Positions 39,266 to 52,643 of a stretch of 64,000 nt of DNA are shown in pieces; the first letter of the stretch is position 1, and every line of letters starts with the position of its first letter. A program made the position numbers and the translations under genes. The notes beneath the pieces were generated by a model. The model was not told the DNA's origin. It searched no databases and worked only from the letters and a program-made list of their open reading frames with translations. Source of the stretch: Cetorhinus maximus. Lineage: Eukaryota. Location: the NCBI RefSeq assembly GCF_964194155.1, contig NC_135887.1:12586001-12650000 (forward strand). Direction: 5' to 3'.

Positions 39266-42200
39266 TCTTGACTTTGACCGCTTTGCTGGGAAGTGGGATG
39301 GGGTGGGCTGCTGTACAAAGTGGCCGGCCATATTCCATACTGTTCTATGGTAAAAGGTACACTTTTGCATGAAGGATATACAGGTCCAGCATCAGGCTTC
39401 CTTTCCTTCAGATGTAGCACTGTGTCTGTGAACTGATCTATAGTAGCCCAAATCCAGCTGAGAATTGGCCTAATCTTGCTGCAATGTGTAGGCCAAAGTA
39501 GAAGGGGAACATAGTGAGTAAATTTGATAGCACTGTAAATGCAATAATCACATCTATTTGGAACTGCTCCAAGAATCATGCCAATCCTTTTTTCCAGTTT
39601 ATTCCAATATGATGCACTTTATGGGTGGAGATTTGAAAGTGTGCTACACATCCTGTCTATAAACATTAAATGAACAGTTATAGAAAGGCTTCATTGTGTT
39701 ATGGTTTGGATTAAAGTGCAAATACCATGAAAGCCATGTGCCAGGAATAGCATTCCAGAGCATGAGGAATTTAAAAAAAAAAGGTTGAGTGGCTTGGTAA
39801 GACTTTATGCATTTTTTATTCCATTTTTACTTAATCCTAAATGTTAAGTAATTGACTATATATCTAAAATACTACAGTCCTGTTCTCCCTAGATTGTTTA
39901 GAGCTATTAATTGGAAGATGAGGTTTTCCTGCAGTGTTACCCCTCAAACTCATTATTGCTATAGTAATTTGTTCAGTAATCTGTCACCCCTTTACCCTTG
40001 TATATCAAAACATTCTTTGGCCTGACACAGATTTTAATGAATGAAAGCTTTTTAAAAAGATTTTGTATTGTTTGAAGGAGAGCTTTGTGATTTGAAAAGG
40101 GTGTAAATTATGAATAAAAACAAAATGGCTTACATGAAGATGTTGCATTTTGATGTATTAATGTGCTGGAATTTTATATTAACATCTAACTGCCATCCAT
40201 TTTGGTGTACTTCTACTGAAATAGGTGTCTGTTGGTAAAGCTTACTGCCAATAAACTGCCACAGCATGGTTAGTGTAGGCTTGAATCTGCAATACTGTAC
40301 AGACTTTTCCAGATCTTGGCTGTGGCAATAGAAGTTCTCAAGAGTTTAATGATACCTGCAAAGAGATTAAGCTAAGAAAATTAGCTTGAGACCACTCTTG
40401 TACCTCCTAGGAGCCAACAAATGCTGTTGGACCAAAGTGGGGTTGAGAAAATGAGTGACTAAAATAGGGGAAAAGGATACTAATGAGGAGTTGAACATGT
40501 GTTACCATCAGTTGGGTATAGTTCCATCTTTTTTATTAGCAATGCCACTGAACCCCTCTTTTGAGCTGGCCCTATTACATCATTTCAACCATTTTCATTC
40601 TGCCACATGACCTTAGATGCTCTTGCAGTGAAACAGGATTGCTCTTTTAGTGCCTCATTGAAACCCAGTGAAATTACAGCACACTGCAAAACCTTCCATT
40701 CAGCCAGGCTAACTTAGTGCATTGACTTTAGCAGGAAGGAATAGAACCAAGTGGAGCTTTAGAAAAAAATTACTTTAATGATTTAACATTCAGTCCAATA
40801 AATTCTGTATACAATAAAAAGCAGTGAAGATAAGAATTCCTGAGGAACATTTCATAAACTTACAATTATAAAGCAATGAAATCAATATGTAGTTTGCTTT
40901 TGTAAACAAGTCTAGATGATGTATGTTTGAACTAAATTGCATACAGTAAGGGGCTAAATTTTTCATTTGAAATCTAAGGAATAATTTTTGTGCGATCCTT
41001 GTATTCTTGTGAAAGATGGCCTTTTCAATTATTTGTAATAGATTTCTATGGAAATTGAAGATATCAAAGGTTCTGCAAAGTTCTTTTTGAAGGGGGGAGG
41101 ATCTTTTAAGAGTTTTGTGGTCTGAGTTGGAGTCCTGGTACTGGCCAGTAACTCCACTTAAAACAAGACATGATAATCTTTCTCTGGTTGTTTGCTGGCC
41201 TATGGAGTCTTGTTATTGATCTCCACACAGATTTGGGACAACATTCATGTTCACTATCTACAAATTTAGAGGTGTTGAATTCTGCATGTGTGCTGTGTTT
41301 TATGATTTAAAGGGCCCACAAAACTGATGAACATATGAACAATGACAGTTACAGACCATTTGATCTATTCCACACAATTGTGATACCTTGTGTATCACAA
41401 TATATACAATCCTTACCGCACTTAAAACCACGTAACACCCTGGGAGAGGCAAAAGGCCAGATTAAACCCAGGTCATTTTTTTGGTGAAGCAGGGGTACCA
41501 GCAAAATTTCTGGCCAACCTAACTAGGCAATCGAAACTAGTCCAGGAGATCACTCTGGCCCTGAAATATCTAACTTTTGGTGATAGGTGATCTCTGCTTC
41601 AATCAGAAACACTTCCAGCTCACTTGAAGTAATTCAGCCAATTAACCTATTCCACAGTTCACTATTATCTGGGAAAAGCACCACCTGATATCTAACCTTG
41701 ATATAGCCTCATACAACCCCCAAGCCTCCTTAACCTACTTATTTGGAACAAAATGTCAATTGGAACACTATCTGTTTCCTTCATTTTATAAACCTCAACC
41801 TGATTACCCACTAATAGTGCACTTCTGTAAAGGGCAAAGTCCTAACTTTTAATCTGTCTTGACAATTTAAATGCTTTATACTGTGTATGAGGCTATTGGC
41901 ACTTTTTCTAAAGCCTCAGTGTCACTCAAGAACAATTAAAATTGGTTAAATTGCAGTTGAAAATATCTATATGCATATGTAATCTACAGTAGTACATTGG
42001 AGCTCCCAATACTTTCAGTTGAGGTAATCCATCCCTTTACTCATTGTGTTTTTTCACCCAGAGCGTGGTTGGAATCTGGAACACATTACCTGAGGGGGTC
42101 GTAGAGGCAGGAACCCTCACAACATTTAAGTATTTAGATGAGCACTTGAAACGCCATAGCACACAGTGCTATGGGCCAAGTGTTGGAAAACGGGATTAGA

Positions 42201-42619
42201 ATAGATAGGTGGTTGATGGCACTAACACAATTCATATTTTCTCATCAAAGTTAAGTTTTGAGTGAAAATATCTTAAAACATAAATGTAAGCATGTTATAC
42301 TTGGTTCAATAGGCCACCTTTCCCCCTTTTTTCCAATTCTGTATGTCAACTCTATGCACAATCCATGTCCAATTGTAAGGTAACCTGGTTCTGGGCTTCT
42401 ACCAATGTCCCTTTTAGGGCTGGTTGTTAGTGTGTGTGCAAAAGAACTGTAAGGGAGTTGATCAGAAGCAAGCAAAATGAAATAACCACCAGCTGCATGA
42501 AGAACAGTTACAGATCTCTCTGTCCAATCTGAATCGAGGTGGTTTCTGACCAGCCTGACTTACTCTGAGCTTATATTGAGCCTTTACTTGCTGGCCTGCC
42601 CAATCCTCCAATGACAATT

Positions 42620-43275
42620 TAACATTTGCCTATATCACACATTTGATGTGGAAAAATGTTGAAAGGTGATTGATGCATGAGACATAGAAGGAAATGTTAG
42701 GACAAGTGACTAAAAATTAGGTCAAAGTAGTAAGTTTTAAACAATGTCTTAAAGGAGGGAAAGGCATGGTGATAGGATTACCGGAGCTTAGGGCCTAGAC
42801 GACTGAAAGCACAGTGGCCAATGGTGTGGCAAAGGGAATTGCACAGAAGGCCAGGGTTAGAGGAATGCAGAGTTCTTGGCTGGTTGTAGGGCTGGAGGAT
42901 GTTACAGAGAAAGGGAGGGGCAAATCCATTGAGGGATTTGAACATGAGAATTTTAATATTGAAGGGTCGCTGGACTGGCAGACAATGTAGGTCAGCAAGC
43001 ACAGCAAAGGGTGATGGGTGGGCAGGATTTGGCACAGGTTCTAGCAACGGGGTTTTCGATCTAGAGTTTATGAAGGGTGGAAGACTGGCTGGGGTGAAAG
43101 GCATTGCAATAATTGAGTTTAGAAGTAATAAAATGAGGGTTTCAGTAGATGATTAGCTGAGGCAGGAGAGAGATAGGCAATCTTATAGAGGTGGAATTAG
43201 GTGGTCTTGGTTATGGAGGGGATATGGGGTCGGGAGCTCAGGCGAGAGTCAAATAGGATATGAGGTTGCATACAG
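42620..43275 (-). mobile_element. L2/CR1-type LINE 3' fragment
   Basis: The minus strand encodes LADLHCLPVQRPFNIKILMFKSLNGFAPPFL (LHWLP...FK.L.G.AP.YL motif of L2-type ORF2 ends). Confidence 0.7.
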
Positions 43276-45152
43276 TACCTATATCTATCTAAAAAGCCCT
43301 TCCAAGACAAATAATGCTCATTCACGTGTTCTTTGAAGGTGAGGATAACTGGTTCTGAGGAACATTCTTTGCTTTCTTTTGTTCCAAGGACATGACAACA
43401 GATGATTGGGTGGGCAGGGAAATGGGGTCAGTCATAATGGAAAATCCTTTACATTAGTTGCATGGTTCGCATAGCTTTGTTTCAAAATGTAGTCCATGGC
43501 ATCCTTCTGAATCAATGGCATTGCCATGTGTACAGTGTACCACACAACTTGATAGTCCATACCAATTGAGCATTGCAACTACAGATTGAGTGCTTGATTA
43601 TCTGCACCACATGGGCAAATGTAAAATCAAGAACTTTGGTGTATAGAATGGTTTAAAAAAAACTGCGGCTGACAGCATTCTCTTGTAAAAGTAATTTGAG
43701 AGATGTCTACATAAATAAAATTTGAATTTAAAATCATTTGTAGGTTTAAAATGTACACAGCAAAATTGATAGGCAATTTTCTGATTCTTTTAGCATATAT
43801 TCATTTAATATCTTTTCAATGCTGATTTTTTTTTTTGATGAAACATTTTTACATTTGAAAGTGTCAGTTTTCTCTTAGTCTCAGAACACTGCTGCCCATT
43901 CTTGAGTATGATGGAAATATAAGAAGCATTTGGAATGTGGGAGTTTGACAAAGATAAGGCACAGGCTGAATCTAAAAAATTGGATGTACAATCAAGCAGG
44001 ATCTTCAATGGGTTAAAAGATTTCTACTGAGAGCACAACATTATTTGATTCACCTAAACAAAATCATGCAATAATTTGTGGTCAATTCTACCATGGTAAA
44101 AAGAAAAGCTCTGTTTTCCAATCCATCTTTAACTCACCAGAAGACAAAATGGTGTTTTTGGAGCACGGAACATGCTCTGTGCATCAGTGCAACTTAACAT
44201 AATTCTTCCTTTGCACCTTTGAATCCACATCACTAACAACTGATAAATCCACCAGCTAAAGTGTCTTAATGTGTATTAATAAAATTGGTTATAATTTCAC
44301 ATTAGAAATTGATCACGTGCCATCTGAAGGGGCAGCAAGGATGACCCAGTTCAGAGTATTGCCAGTGAGAGACCTGGAATGGCTACTCCGTATGGGAGCA
44401 GTCAGAGCTGCCTCGATGGTATGATATTTCACTCCCATGGAGCCACTACTTAGCTTCCGTTGGGCTGCTCTCCCTTTTAAAGAGAAGTTGCAGGAGCAGC
44501 CTGGTGTCTTATCAGTCACTGTACTTTATTCCGCCTTAAAATCAAATTATCGCCATTTTATACTGGCGTTCACCACCGAGCAAAATTTCACAGCAAGAAA
44601 GTGGACACTTTGGCTTCCTAGGTTATAAATTACATGTACAAAATATGTTCAAGCACTTTAACAAGTATGGTTTGGTTTGAATTTGCATGAGGAAAAAAGC
44701 CATTAGCGTGAGCAATTGTAGGTTTAAATGCCAACTGGTTTTACCTGATAATGATAACTGGAATATATAGCCATTTCAGATGTAAGGATCTCTGTTATTC
44801 TCCCCCCATAAAAGGAAACACAATCAGATTCAAACCCCTTATATTTTTCTTTGCTGAGCTCAAAATATCTTGTGATTACAGAATGTTGCAGTACCTAAAT
44901 AGATTGCCTCAAATTATCAAAAAGTGCACTAATCAACCTTCTGAAACCAAAAACGAAGAGATTTGAAACACAATGGCCATAATGTGTCCTGGTTGATTCA
45001 AACGGGTTTTTTTTCTACCACATTTAAGAAACCTTATAGAAAGGGGAATTTAAACCACTTCCATATTTGTAGATTTATAACTGCAAGGAACATTGTGGGA
45101 TTGGAGGGGTACGGACTGGGATTCTGGCTCAGGTAACTATGAAATTTGGACT

Positions 45153-45595
45153 TCAGGATCTTTGGCCCACAAAATAAGAGTTGGAATGATCCTTTGCAGC
45201 TAGCTGCTGCAATGTTTTACTGCTGATGACATATGGATTCTCCTTATGAGATTGAATATCAGAAAGCTCCTGTTGGCAAAATTGAATATCCTTGCGTGCG
45301 CTCTTCTGGGCAGCCAGGTACCTCAGCTGCCGATTTAGCTTGTAAAGTTTGATCCTCTCCTCTTCTGCCACAGGATCTTCAAGTACGCCATCCCACCGCA
45401 GAGTTGCATTTATTGAGGTAGCAAGCTGATCTACAGAGTAAAAGGAGCCACCGTCTGGACCCTGGCTTCTAGCGGCTTCATTGCTGATATTCGTAGGTTT
45501 GGGACTTTGTTTGGCATCCCCTTGACCAGCTGGTTTTTCAATGTTTGGAGATGCAGAATGTGAATGGCGTTTGCTGCTTTTCCCATGTTTATGAG
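45153..45595 (-). CDS. LIAT1: LIAT1 (ligand of ATE1, C17orf97), coding exon 2 with the Liat1 domain
   Basis: Acceptor cctgtctctctag|, then HKHGKSSKR...INATLRWDGVLEDPVAEEERIKLYKLNRQLRY, matching the Liat1 domain (LRWDG.L.DP.AE.ERI..YKLNR..RY). Tail-to-tail with RFLNB, as at human 17p13.3. Confidence 0.9.
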
Positions 45596-47040
45596 CTAGA
45601 GAGACAGGAAATGTTAGGAGCTGGGTAACAATGACTGATTATAAAGAGACAGCAGGTTTGAAGAGTTTGGTCATTTTTTGCACAGGTCAGTAAAAGCAGG
45701 TTCCAGCAACTCGGGTTACTGTGATAAGGAACCCCTGCTGGTTTTAGGGTCCAGATTCATTATCATTAAAAGAATGAGGATTTTATTGCAATATCTCTCT
45801 CCCTTTATTTCACTCTGCATCAGGCAGGGGGAGACTGCACTCAGACATAACTGTGATATGGAGTATTATAACTGCTCAACATTTTGTACTTGTTAGCTTT
45901 TGCTCAGTGAATCTGTACATGGCTCTCATCTCACTAAGATCAGGAAATAGACGTGGGGACTCACTGGGTGAACCTGCATCTTACTATTTTGTTCAGCTAC
46001 TTAACAGTGCATTTTTTAAGGTTAAATCATTGTGCTGTCATTTTAACTCTTTAACTGATTTCTCTCCAGATTATAAAATATCTGTTCCATATCCAGATGG
46101 GAAAATAAACAAGCAACCTTCCTGACGAATCTGCTAATGTCACTCTGCATTACTTGAAATAAAGTATAGAAAATGGTAATTCCACCCCTCCCTTACCAAC
46201 AACTGATCATGCCCCCAATTTGCTCTACTAAAATCACAAATTTACTGCTATGAGAAAATTGAAGGGGTGACTGATATCATAAAATTCTACTGTGCAAGCC
46301 AGGAATTCCTAACATACTAGAACAGCTAACTTGTATAGATAATAATATGTGACTAAGGTTGGGAGCAAGTTCACAGTTAAAATTCAGTTTGTGGTTCAGC
46401 TGCCATTTACAAAACATTTCAGCCTGTGATTCTTTAAATGTCTGGCATTATTCCCAGGTATGTATTTATTAAATGAACAAGTAACATGGTAAGGGGAGCG
46501 ACATAGCATTTACATCAGGATTAGGCAATACCATTCCAGGCATCAGAACTCTTATTCTTGCTCTGTTACAGTTTGTAGTCACAGGATGCCATCTATTGGA
46601 ATCCATATAAACTGCAATTAAATAATCCCTATCATAAGAATTTGGCTGCATTCCTATTACAATAATACTTTGCCATCCGGGTGATGCTGCTTTCATTATT
46701 CAGTAACAAGAAGCGATTAAAATTTGGTTAAGGAGTTTGCACTGATCCAGAATGAATCCGAGCTCTGTGGGGCTTTTCACAGCAAAATTCCAGTTCAGAT
46801 ACAAAATGGTAAGTGGGAAACTTGTTCAAACAAATACAAATAAGTTTATATATATTCACTGTCGTTATCCTATTTCTCTCTGGAAAGCTTTACAGTACTC
46901 GGTAAGGTAAATTATCTTTAAATAAACAAACTGTTTTAATTATTCTTTTGCCCAGCACCTTGAAGAAGGATGCACAGTAGTAAATGGGCTTTACAGTTGT
47001 CCATTGATTTTGTCAAGAAAACAAATTGTAATATTTTCTT

Positions 47041-47920
47041 TGTAATAACCTTGGCATATTTTCTTATGCACTGGGAATCAGGTTGTAATTGGATTAAGAG
47101 CTAGTGCAACAGCAAGAGTCTAAAGTCAACAGTAAGAAGTTGTTTTGATATGTTAATGAACCAAGAGGAACTTCACTCAGAGTTTTACCTAAAGCAATAG
47201 CAGGAGTGTTTCTGAATTAAGTTGTTTTATTTCAAAGAGGATATATGCAGGTTGTAAGAAGTTGTAAGGAAATAAGGTAAAGATAGGGTAAGTTTGTTAT
47301 TACAAGTCTAAGAGCTAAAGTAAAGAATAGTCTAATCAATTCTGGGAAGAAAGTGAAGACACTGGTTGAGATAATAGAGAGATCAAAGGGAAGGAATGCA
47401 TTTAAGGGAATGCTGAAGCCTATGTGAGGGGGTAGATGCTGAGATCTCCCAGAAGACAGCAGGGTAGCTGGTCAGAACTCCCAGAAGACAGTGTGAATAA
47501 GGCCAGACTGAAAGAACCAGTTGCTGCCAGCCTCAGAGGACACCCCAAGGAAAAAGCACTGTGTGGTAAAAATTACTGGACTTCTACAGATTCTAAAATC
47601 TATTAGGATAGTTGCTGAACAGAAAAGGGGAAGGTTAGATCTGAGGGTAGTTAAGATTTGTGGAACTGTTTTAAAGTGCTGTTTACTGTGTGAAGCCATT
47701 CATGTGTTTAAGTGTAGTTGTGTTTTATTTGTTTTTATTTATTCTTTTAATAAATGTTTACTTTACTATGAAATCATCAAGTAGTTGGGGACATCATTTC
47801 CTGATTCAGAACCGCTCCTCATACTATTCAAATTGCAAAAAAAAACATTTTGGCAGCTGTTTCAAGTTTCCCTCTGGGATTTGAGCAGCTCGGCATTTAC
47901 CATCTGCCTTGCCATAACTA
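47041..47920 (+). mobile_element. Possible solo LTR in the LIAT1 intron
   Basis: Starts TGTAATA, has AATAAA near 47748, and ends ...ccctctgggattt...ccataac, resembling the end of 28969-30126. TSD not confirmed. Confidence 0.35.
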
Positions 47921-48767
47921 TTTGCAACATGAAATAGAATTCAAATAGGTTTATTGCTACAATGCCAGCAAAAGTAACTCAAGCTTTACTATGAAGTTGA
48001 CTGGAGTCAGAAAAATCATACCATGCAGCTGTTAAAAACCACACCTCTGTGGTTACTAAAGATGTGAACGCTTTCAAGAAGGTACAGGAGGGATTTACTT
48101 GATTGTTTCCAGGGATGAGGGATTACAGTTATGTGGCTAGATTTAGAAGCTGGGGTTGTTCTCTTTAGAGTTGAGAAAGCAAAGAAAAGATTTGATAGAG
48201 GTGTTTAAAGTCATGAAGGGTTTAGGTCAGGCTATCAGGCTTGTCCAACCTTTTCGGGTGGGGGACCACATTTCAATATTTTTCTCACTCCAGGGGCCAA
48301 TGATCAAATTTCGAATAGATAAGGTTTCATACAACATTAAACATGAATTTCAAAAATATCAATGACAAAGCAATAATTTTTTTAAAAAGGGTAATTAATG
48401 AAAATGCACATTAAAATGTGCCAAGCAGCAGAGTTCACCAATAAAACCTTTTTATTGCCTTTTCGCTTAAGAAGCAGAGCTACAGAGGGACAGACTAAGC
48501 CTTAGGGTTACCAGGGAAGGGATGGGGCTAAACCTTAGCTAAGGAGTTGGGTTTAACAAAAACTGACCTTGCATTCGCCTCTGGTGACACATATTCCATG
48601 CTGGCCTCAGAAGCAGGTTGCCTTTCAGTTTGGGTTTTCCTCCTCTCCTGACCTGCTTTCTGGATAGGTTTTTGGGGAGGAAGGACGAGGAAGGCATGGT
48701 GTGTGTTTCTGACTCACTCTAAGTCTCGGGGTTCTCACTCTCACACAAAATCACCCAGAGTCACCCA

Positions 48768-48808
<41 letters not shown>

Positions 48809-48994
48809 TCTCCCCCCTTTTCTCTAGCACATGCACATGCAATGAGAATCTCACACACACCCACACTCAGGCACACTCCCCACAAAGTTTGAAGACTACT
48901 TCAGGAGAAATCGATCAGGAGGTGGCCTTCTCCTCAACTGGCGAGCCTTGCCGACCTCCAGCTGCTCCCGGGCTTTTTGGGCCTCCACCTATTC

Positions 48995-50130
48995 CGGAGC
49001 TACCCGACCTCCACCAGTTCCCGGACCATCCCGACCTCCACCCGCTCCAAGGACTACCCGACCTCCACCCGCTCCTGGAGCTACCCGACATCCACCAGCT
49101 CCTGGGCTTTCCCGAACTCCAGCCACTCCTGGCCTTCCCAACATCCACCCGTTCCCAGGCTGATCCTTACCCGCTCCCGGAGCAATCAGACCTCCACCCG
49201 CTCCCAGGCATTCCCAAACTCCAGCCACTACCAAGCCGACCTCCACCCACTCATGGAGCTACCTGATCTCCACCCGCTCCCAGAGCAACCTGGCCTCCAG
49301 TTGCTTCTGGGCCTTTTTATCTTAGTTATTAACGGGATGTGGGCATCGCTGACTAGGCCAGCATTTATTGCCCATCCTTAATTGCCCTTGAGAAGGTGGT
49401 GGTGAGCTGCCTTCTTGAACTGCTGCAGTCCATCTGCTGTAGGGACACCCACAGTGCTGTTAGGGAGGGAGTTCCAGGATTTTGATCCAGCGACAGTGAA
49501 GGAATGGCAATATATTTCCAAGTCATGATGGTGAGTGACTTGGAGGGGGAACTTCCAGGTGGTGGTGTTCTCATCTATCTGCTGCCTTTGTCCTTCTAGA
49601 TGGCAGTGGTCATGGGTTTGGAAGATACTGTCTAAGGGGCTTTGGCGAGTTTCTGCAGTGCATCTTGTAGATGGTACACACTGCTGTCATTGTGCATCGG
49701 TGGTGGAGGGAGTGAATGTTTAAGGTGGTGGATGGGGTGCCAATCAAGCAGGCTGGTTTGTCCTGGATGGTGTCAAGCTTCTTGAGTGTTGTGGGAGCTG
49801 CACTCATCCAGGCAAGTGGAGAGTATTCCATCACACTCCTGACTTGTGCCTTGTAGATGGTGGACAGGCTTTGGGGAGTCAGGAAGTGAGTTACTCACTG
49901 CAGGAGTCCCAGACTCTGACCTGCTCTTGTAGCCACAGAATTTATATGGCTAGTCCAGTTCAGTATCTGGTCAATGGTAACCCTCCAGGATGTTGATAAC
50001 CTACCTGTCCTCCAACCGCTCCCAGGCCTACCTGAGCTTCAGCCGCTCCCGGGCCTACCTAACCTCCAGCCCCTCCTCGGCCTTCCGGACTTCCACCCAC
50101 TCCGTGGACCTTTCCAACCTCCTCCGGCTT
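48995..50130 (+). repeat. 27-bp minisatellite (ctacccgacctccacccgctcccggag-like) split by a LINE insertion
   Basis: 9-aa periodicity LPDLHPLxE in ORFs 48703-49266 and 49974-50288; the array is present on both sides of 49313-49998. Confidence 0.8.
49313..49998 (-). mobile_element. 5'-truncated CR1-clade LINE (same family as 56147-58241)
   Basis: The minus strand encodes MEYSPLAWMSAAPTTLKKLDTIQDKPACLIGTP, matching 57730-57900; same 3' UTR. Confidence 0.9.
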
Positions 50131-51902
50131 GCCAGACACTTGTTGCTTCCTGCTTGCCACCCTGCTTACCGCTCCACTCCCGAGCCCTTGCTTGCTCCCC
50201 TTGCACTCTGCTTTTCCTCGTGGCCTTCCCGCTCGTTCCACCATCTTGGCTCAGTGCTCCTTCAGCTGGTACCTGCGCAGGAGGCTGAGAGACAGTGTGC
50301 ACTCTGAAAACAAAGGAGCAGCCAGCCACTCACCTTCACAGTACGCGTCCAATCAAAGACCGACTCTTTCCCAAATTTACTGCTGATAGGCTCGTCAGCA
50401 AATGCGGGAGAGAATCAGCCTCTGATTGGTGGAACAGATCCTTGCAGATCTTTAATTCAACTTACCCGTAATTTGAACAGTGAGTCTGCGGGCCTGATAT
50501 AGAGACTTTGGGGCTGGGTTGTGGCCCGCGGGCCGGTGGTTGGACAAGCCTGGTTTAAATAGGGTAAACAAAGAGAAACTGTTTCTTATGGCTGAAGGGG
50601 CGATAACCAAAGGGCACAGATTTATGACAATTGACAAAAGCACCAGAGGTGACAAGAGGAAAAGCTTTTACGTAGAACGAGTGGTTAGGATTTGGAATGT
50701 ACCACCTGATAAGGTGATGGAAACAGGTGGGGTATATGGGAGATATTTGTGAGGTCTAGTGCCCTTGATTCTCTGTCAAGCTGCACACCCACGTCAAAAG
50801 GGGTGTTGGCAGGGAATCAAGGGCACTAGGCCTCACAAACATCTCCCATATAACTAGCGTCCCAAACTCTCACTTATGACTTCAAATAGCTGGTTGTGCA
50901 CGCCGGCATCTGTACCCCAGAATCTCGACACGGCAGTCATGCAAAACTAAGTGAGGGGCCCATCAGTTTCAGCTGGTGTGGTGTGGAAGCGTCACCCCTT
51001 CCAATGTGCACAAAGACTGGGAGAAAAAAATTACGTGGTCACAGAGAAAGGGCAAGGGAGTGGGTTTACATGGATTGCTCTTCAAAAGAGCTGGCGGAGG
51101 CTCAGTGAGCTGGAAGATCTCCTGCACTGTACTATTCCATGATTCTATGATACAGAGCTTCCACAAGTGGAAGAGTAAAGCTTGCGTCCTCTGTAGTTTC
51201 TGTTTAGGCTATTATAACATTACAAGGATAAATGGAAGTCGAGGGAAAATTGTCACTAATGAGATATAAAAGCAAAATCGGAAACAAAACCAAAACCACT
51301 GTGTTTGCACATTGAGGATCTATTAGTGCCTGATGGGTTGGGAGAAGAGTTGGTATTTTGGGTGAGTGCAGGCCTTTATCAGAACAGAGTGCTGATGTAT
51401 AGGGAGGCTGTACCTTCCCTGATGACCTGTTCTACATCAGTTTCAGGCTGGGTGACCCAATGTTTAATTTTCAAGTTTTCTGTCTCTCCAACTGTCTCAC
51501 TTTTTCTTTCGGCTTCCCTTTACTGAGCTATTCACCTGTCCTTTATATCTTTGATTTTGTTAATGCTTCTTTCCAGGCAAAATAACTTCCAACTGATCAT
51601 TTCACTGGCAATTCTTCTCTGTGTGGTCTGTTTTTTTATATATATTTTCCCCCCTTCGCTCCCTTTCTGATACCAATAATAGATGTCTATATTCCCAAAG
51701 AAGTGTATGAGTCCAAAATGCTGTTTCCTTCACCACAGGTGCTGACAGACCAATCAGTTTTTGTTGGAGCTTTCTGTGGTTGCCTGTTTGAAAGGCAGTG
51801 TATACCTTGTAGTGTGTTGAGTATAATACCTTGTAGTGTGTTGAGTATAATTCACATGTTTTGATTTTCATAATTCAGATATAAATTTTTAATTCGCCCT
51901 AC

Positions 51903-52074
51903 CCGAAACAGTCTCGTCTGAAGTTGATGGCGTACTTGAAGAATTTCTTATCTTAGAGGATTTCTTCTTCGCCTTATCTCTCTTTTTCTTAATTTTCTTC
52001 TTTGCCGCTGACTCAGCAGTCAGATTTGTGGTTGACTTTGCCTTATGTTTGCTGGCTGGTATTTTGTCCTCCAT
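51903..52074 (-). CDS. LIAT1: LIAT1, coding exon 1 (Lys-rich)
   Basis: aggATGg start with an in-frame upstream TAG; AKKKIKKKRDKAKKKS poly-Lys tract. The phase-1 donor G|GTAGGG joins exon 2 in frame (615 bp, 204 aa). Confidence 0.85.
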
Positions 52075-52643
52075 CCTTAGCTAACTACTGACCTTTTGCA
52101 TCCAATTTTTAAATTTCCTCCCAACCCTTTCTTTCCAGTTTTACCAGCGAGTCTTTTGTTTAATTTTCCCGGTGTCATAAATGTCTTCTAAAAAGGTAGG
52201 GGTTTTCAAAAGGACACTTGGGTGCAGTAATACCCACAGCAAGTCACTGGTTCTCAAAGAAGTTGCAACAGGTTTTGAAGAAGAGTACTGGCGATTTTCA
52301 GCGCTTTTCTCCTCCAACTGTCCTGGATTTGGATCTCTGGTCTTTCCCCCAAATTTCTTTAAGATTATAGATATCAGGTTATATAATATATCCTTGACTT
52401 ATCATTTGTTCTGGGCTTTGAAGCAATCGCTCTCACCTATAGCAGACGGACCAGCCTGTACCTCATGCTTATTCCGATTTCCTCCTGTTTAATCTATTTC
52501 TTCCTATTATTCTTTTACTAGCCTGAATTATATATATATATATATATATTCTCTCTCTCCCTCCCTCTGTTTTTAAACCACAGACTCTATCTCTCCAGCC
52601 CCCAGGCTGCTGTCCTCTGGTCGCCTTGCAGTCCCAGTAACGC

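Larger units (their letters stand above)
48236..50552. mobile_element. Non-autonomous hAT (Charlie-like) element inserted into a CR1 fragment
   Basis: 15-bp TIR CAGGCTTGTCCAACC / GGTTGGACAAGCCTG, subterminal gtggcccgcgggccg, degenerate 8-bp TSD gtttaggt/gtttaaat. CR1 coding sequence stops at 48227 and resumes at 50553. Confidence 0.8.

Noticed and set aside
38968-39579. 203-aa minus-strand ORF
   Set aside because: It is largely antisense to a CR1 fragment, with no recognisable domain.
48703-49381. Repeat-protein ORFs (LPDLHPLxE; YPTSTRS, superficially like the Pol II CTD)
   Set aside because: These are translations of a 27-bp minisatellite within a hAT element, open in several frames, with no splice or homology support.
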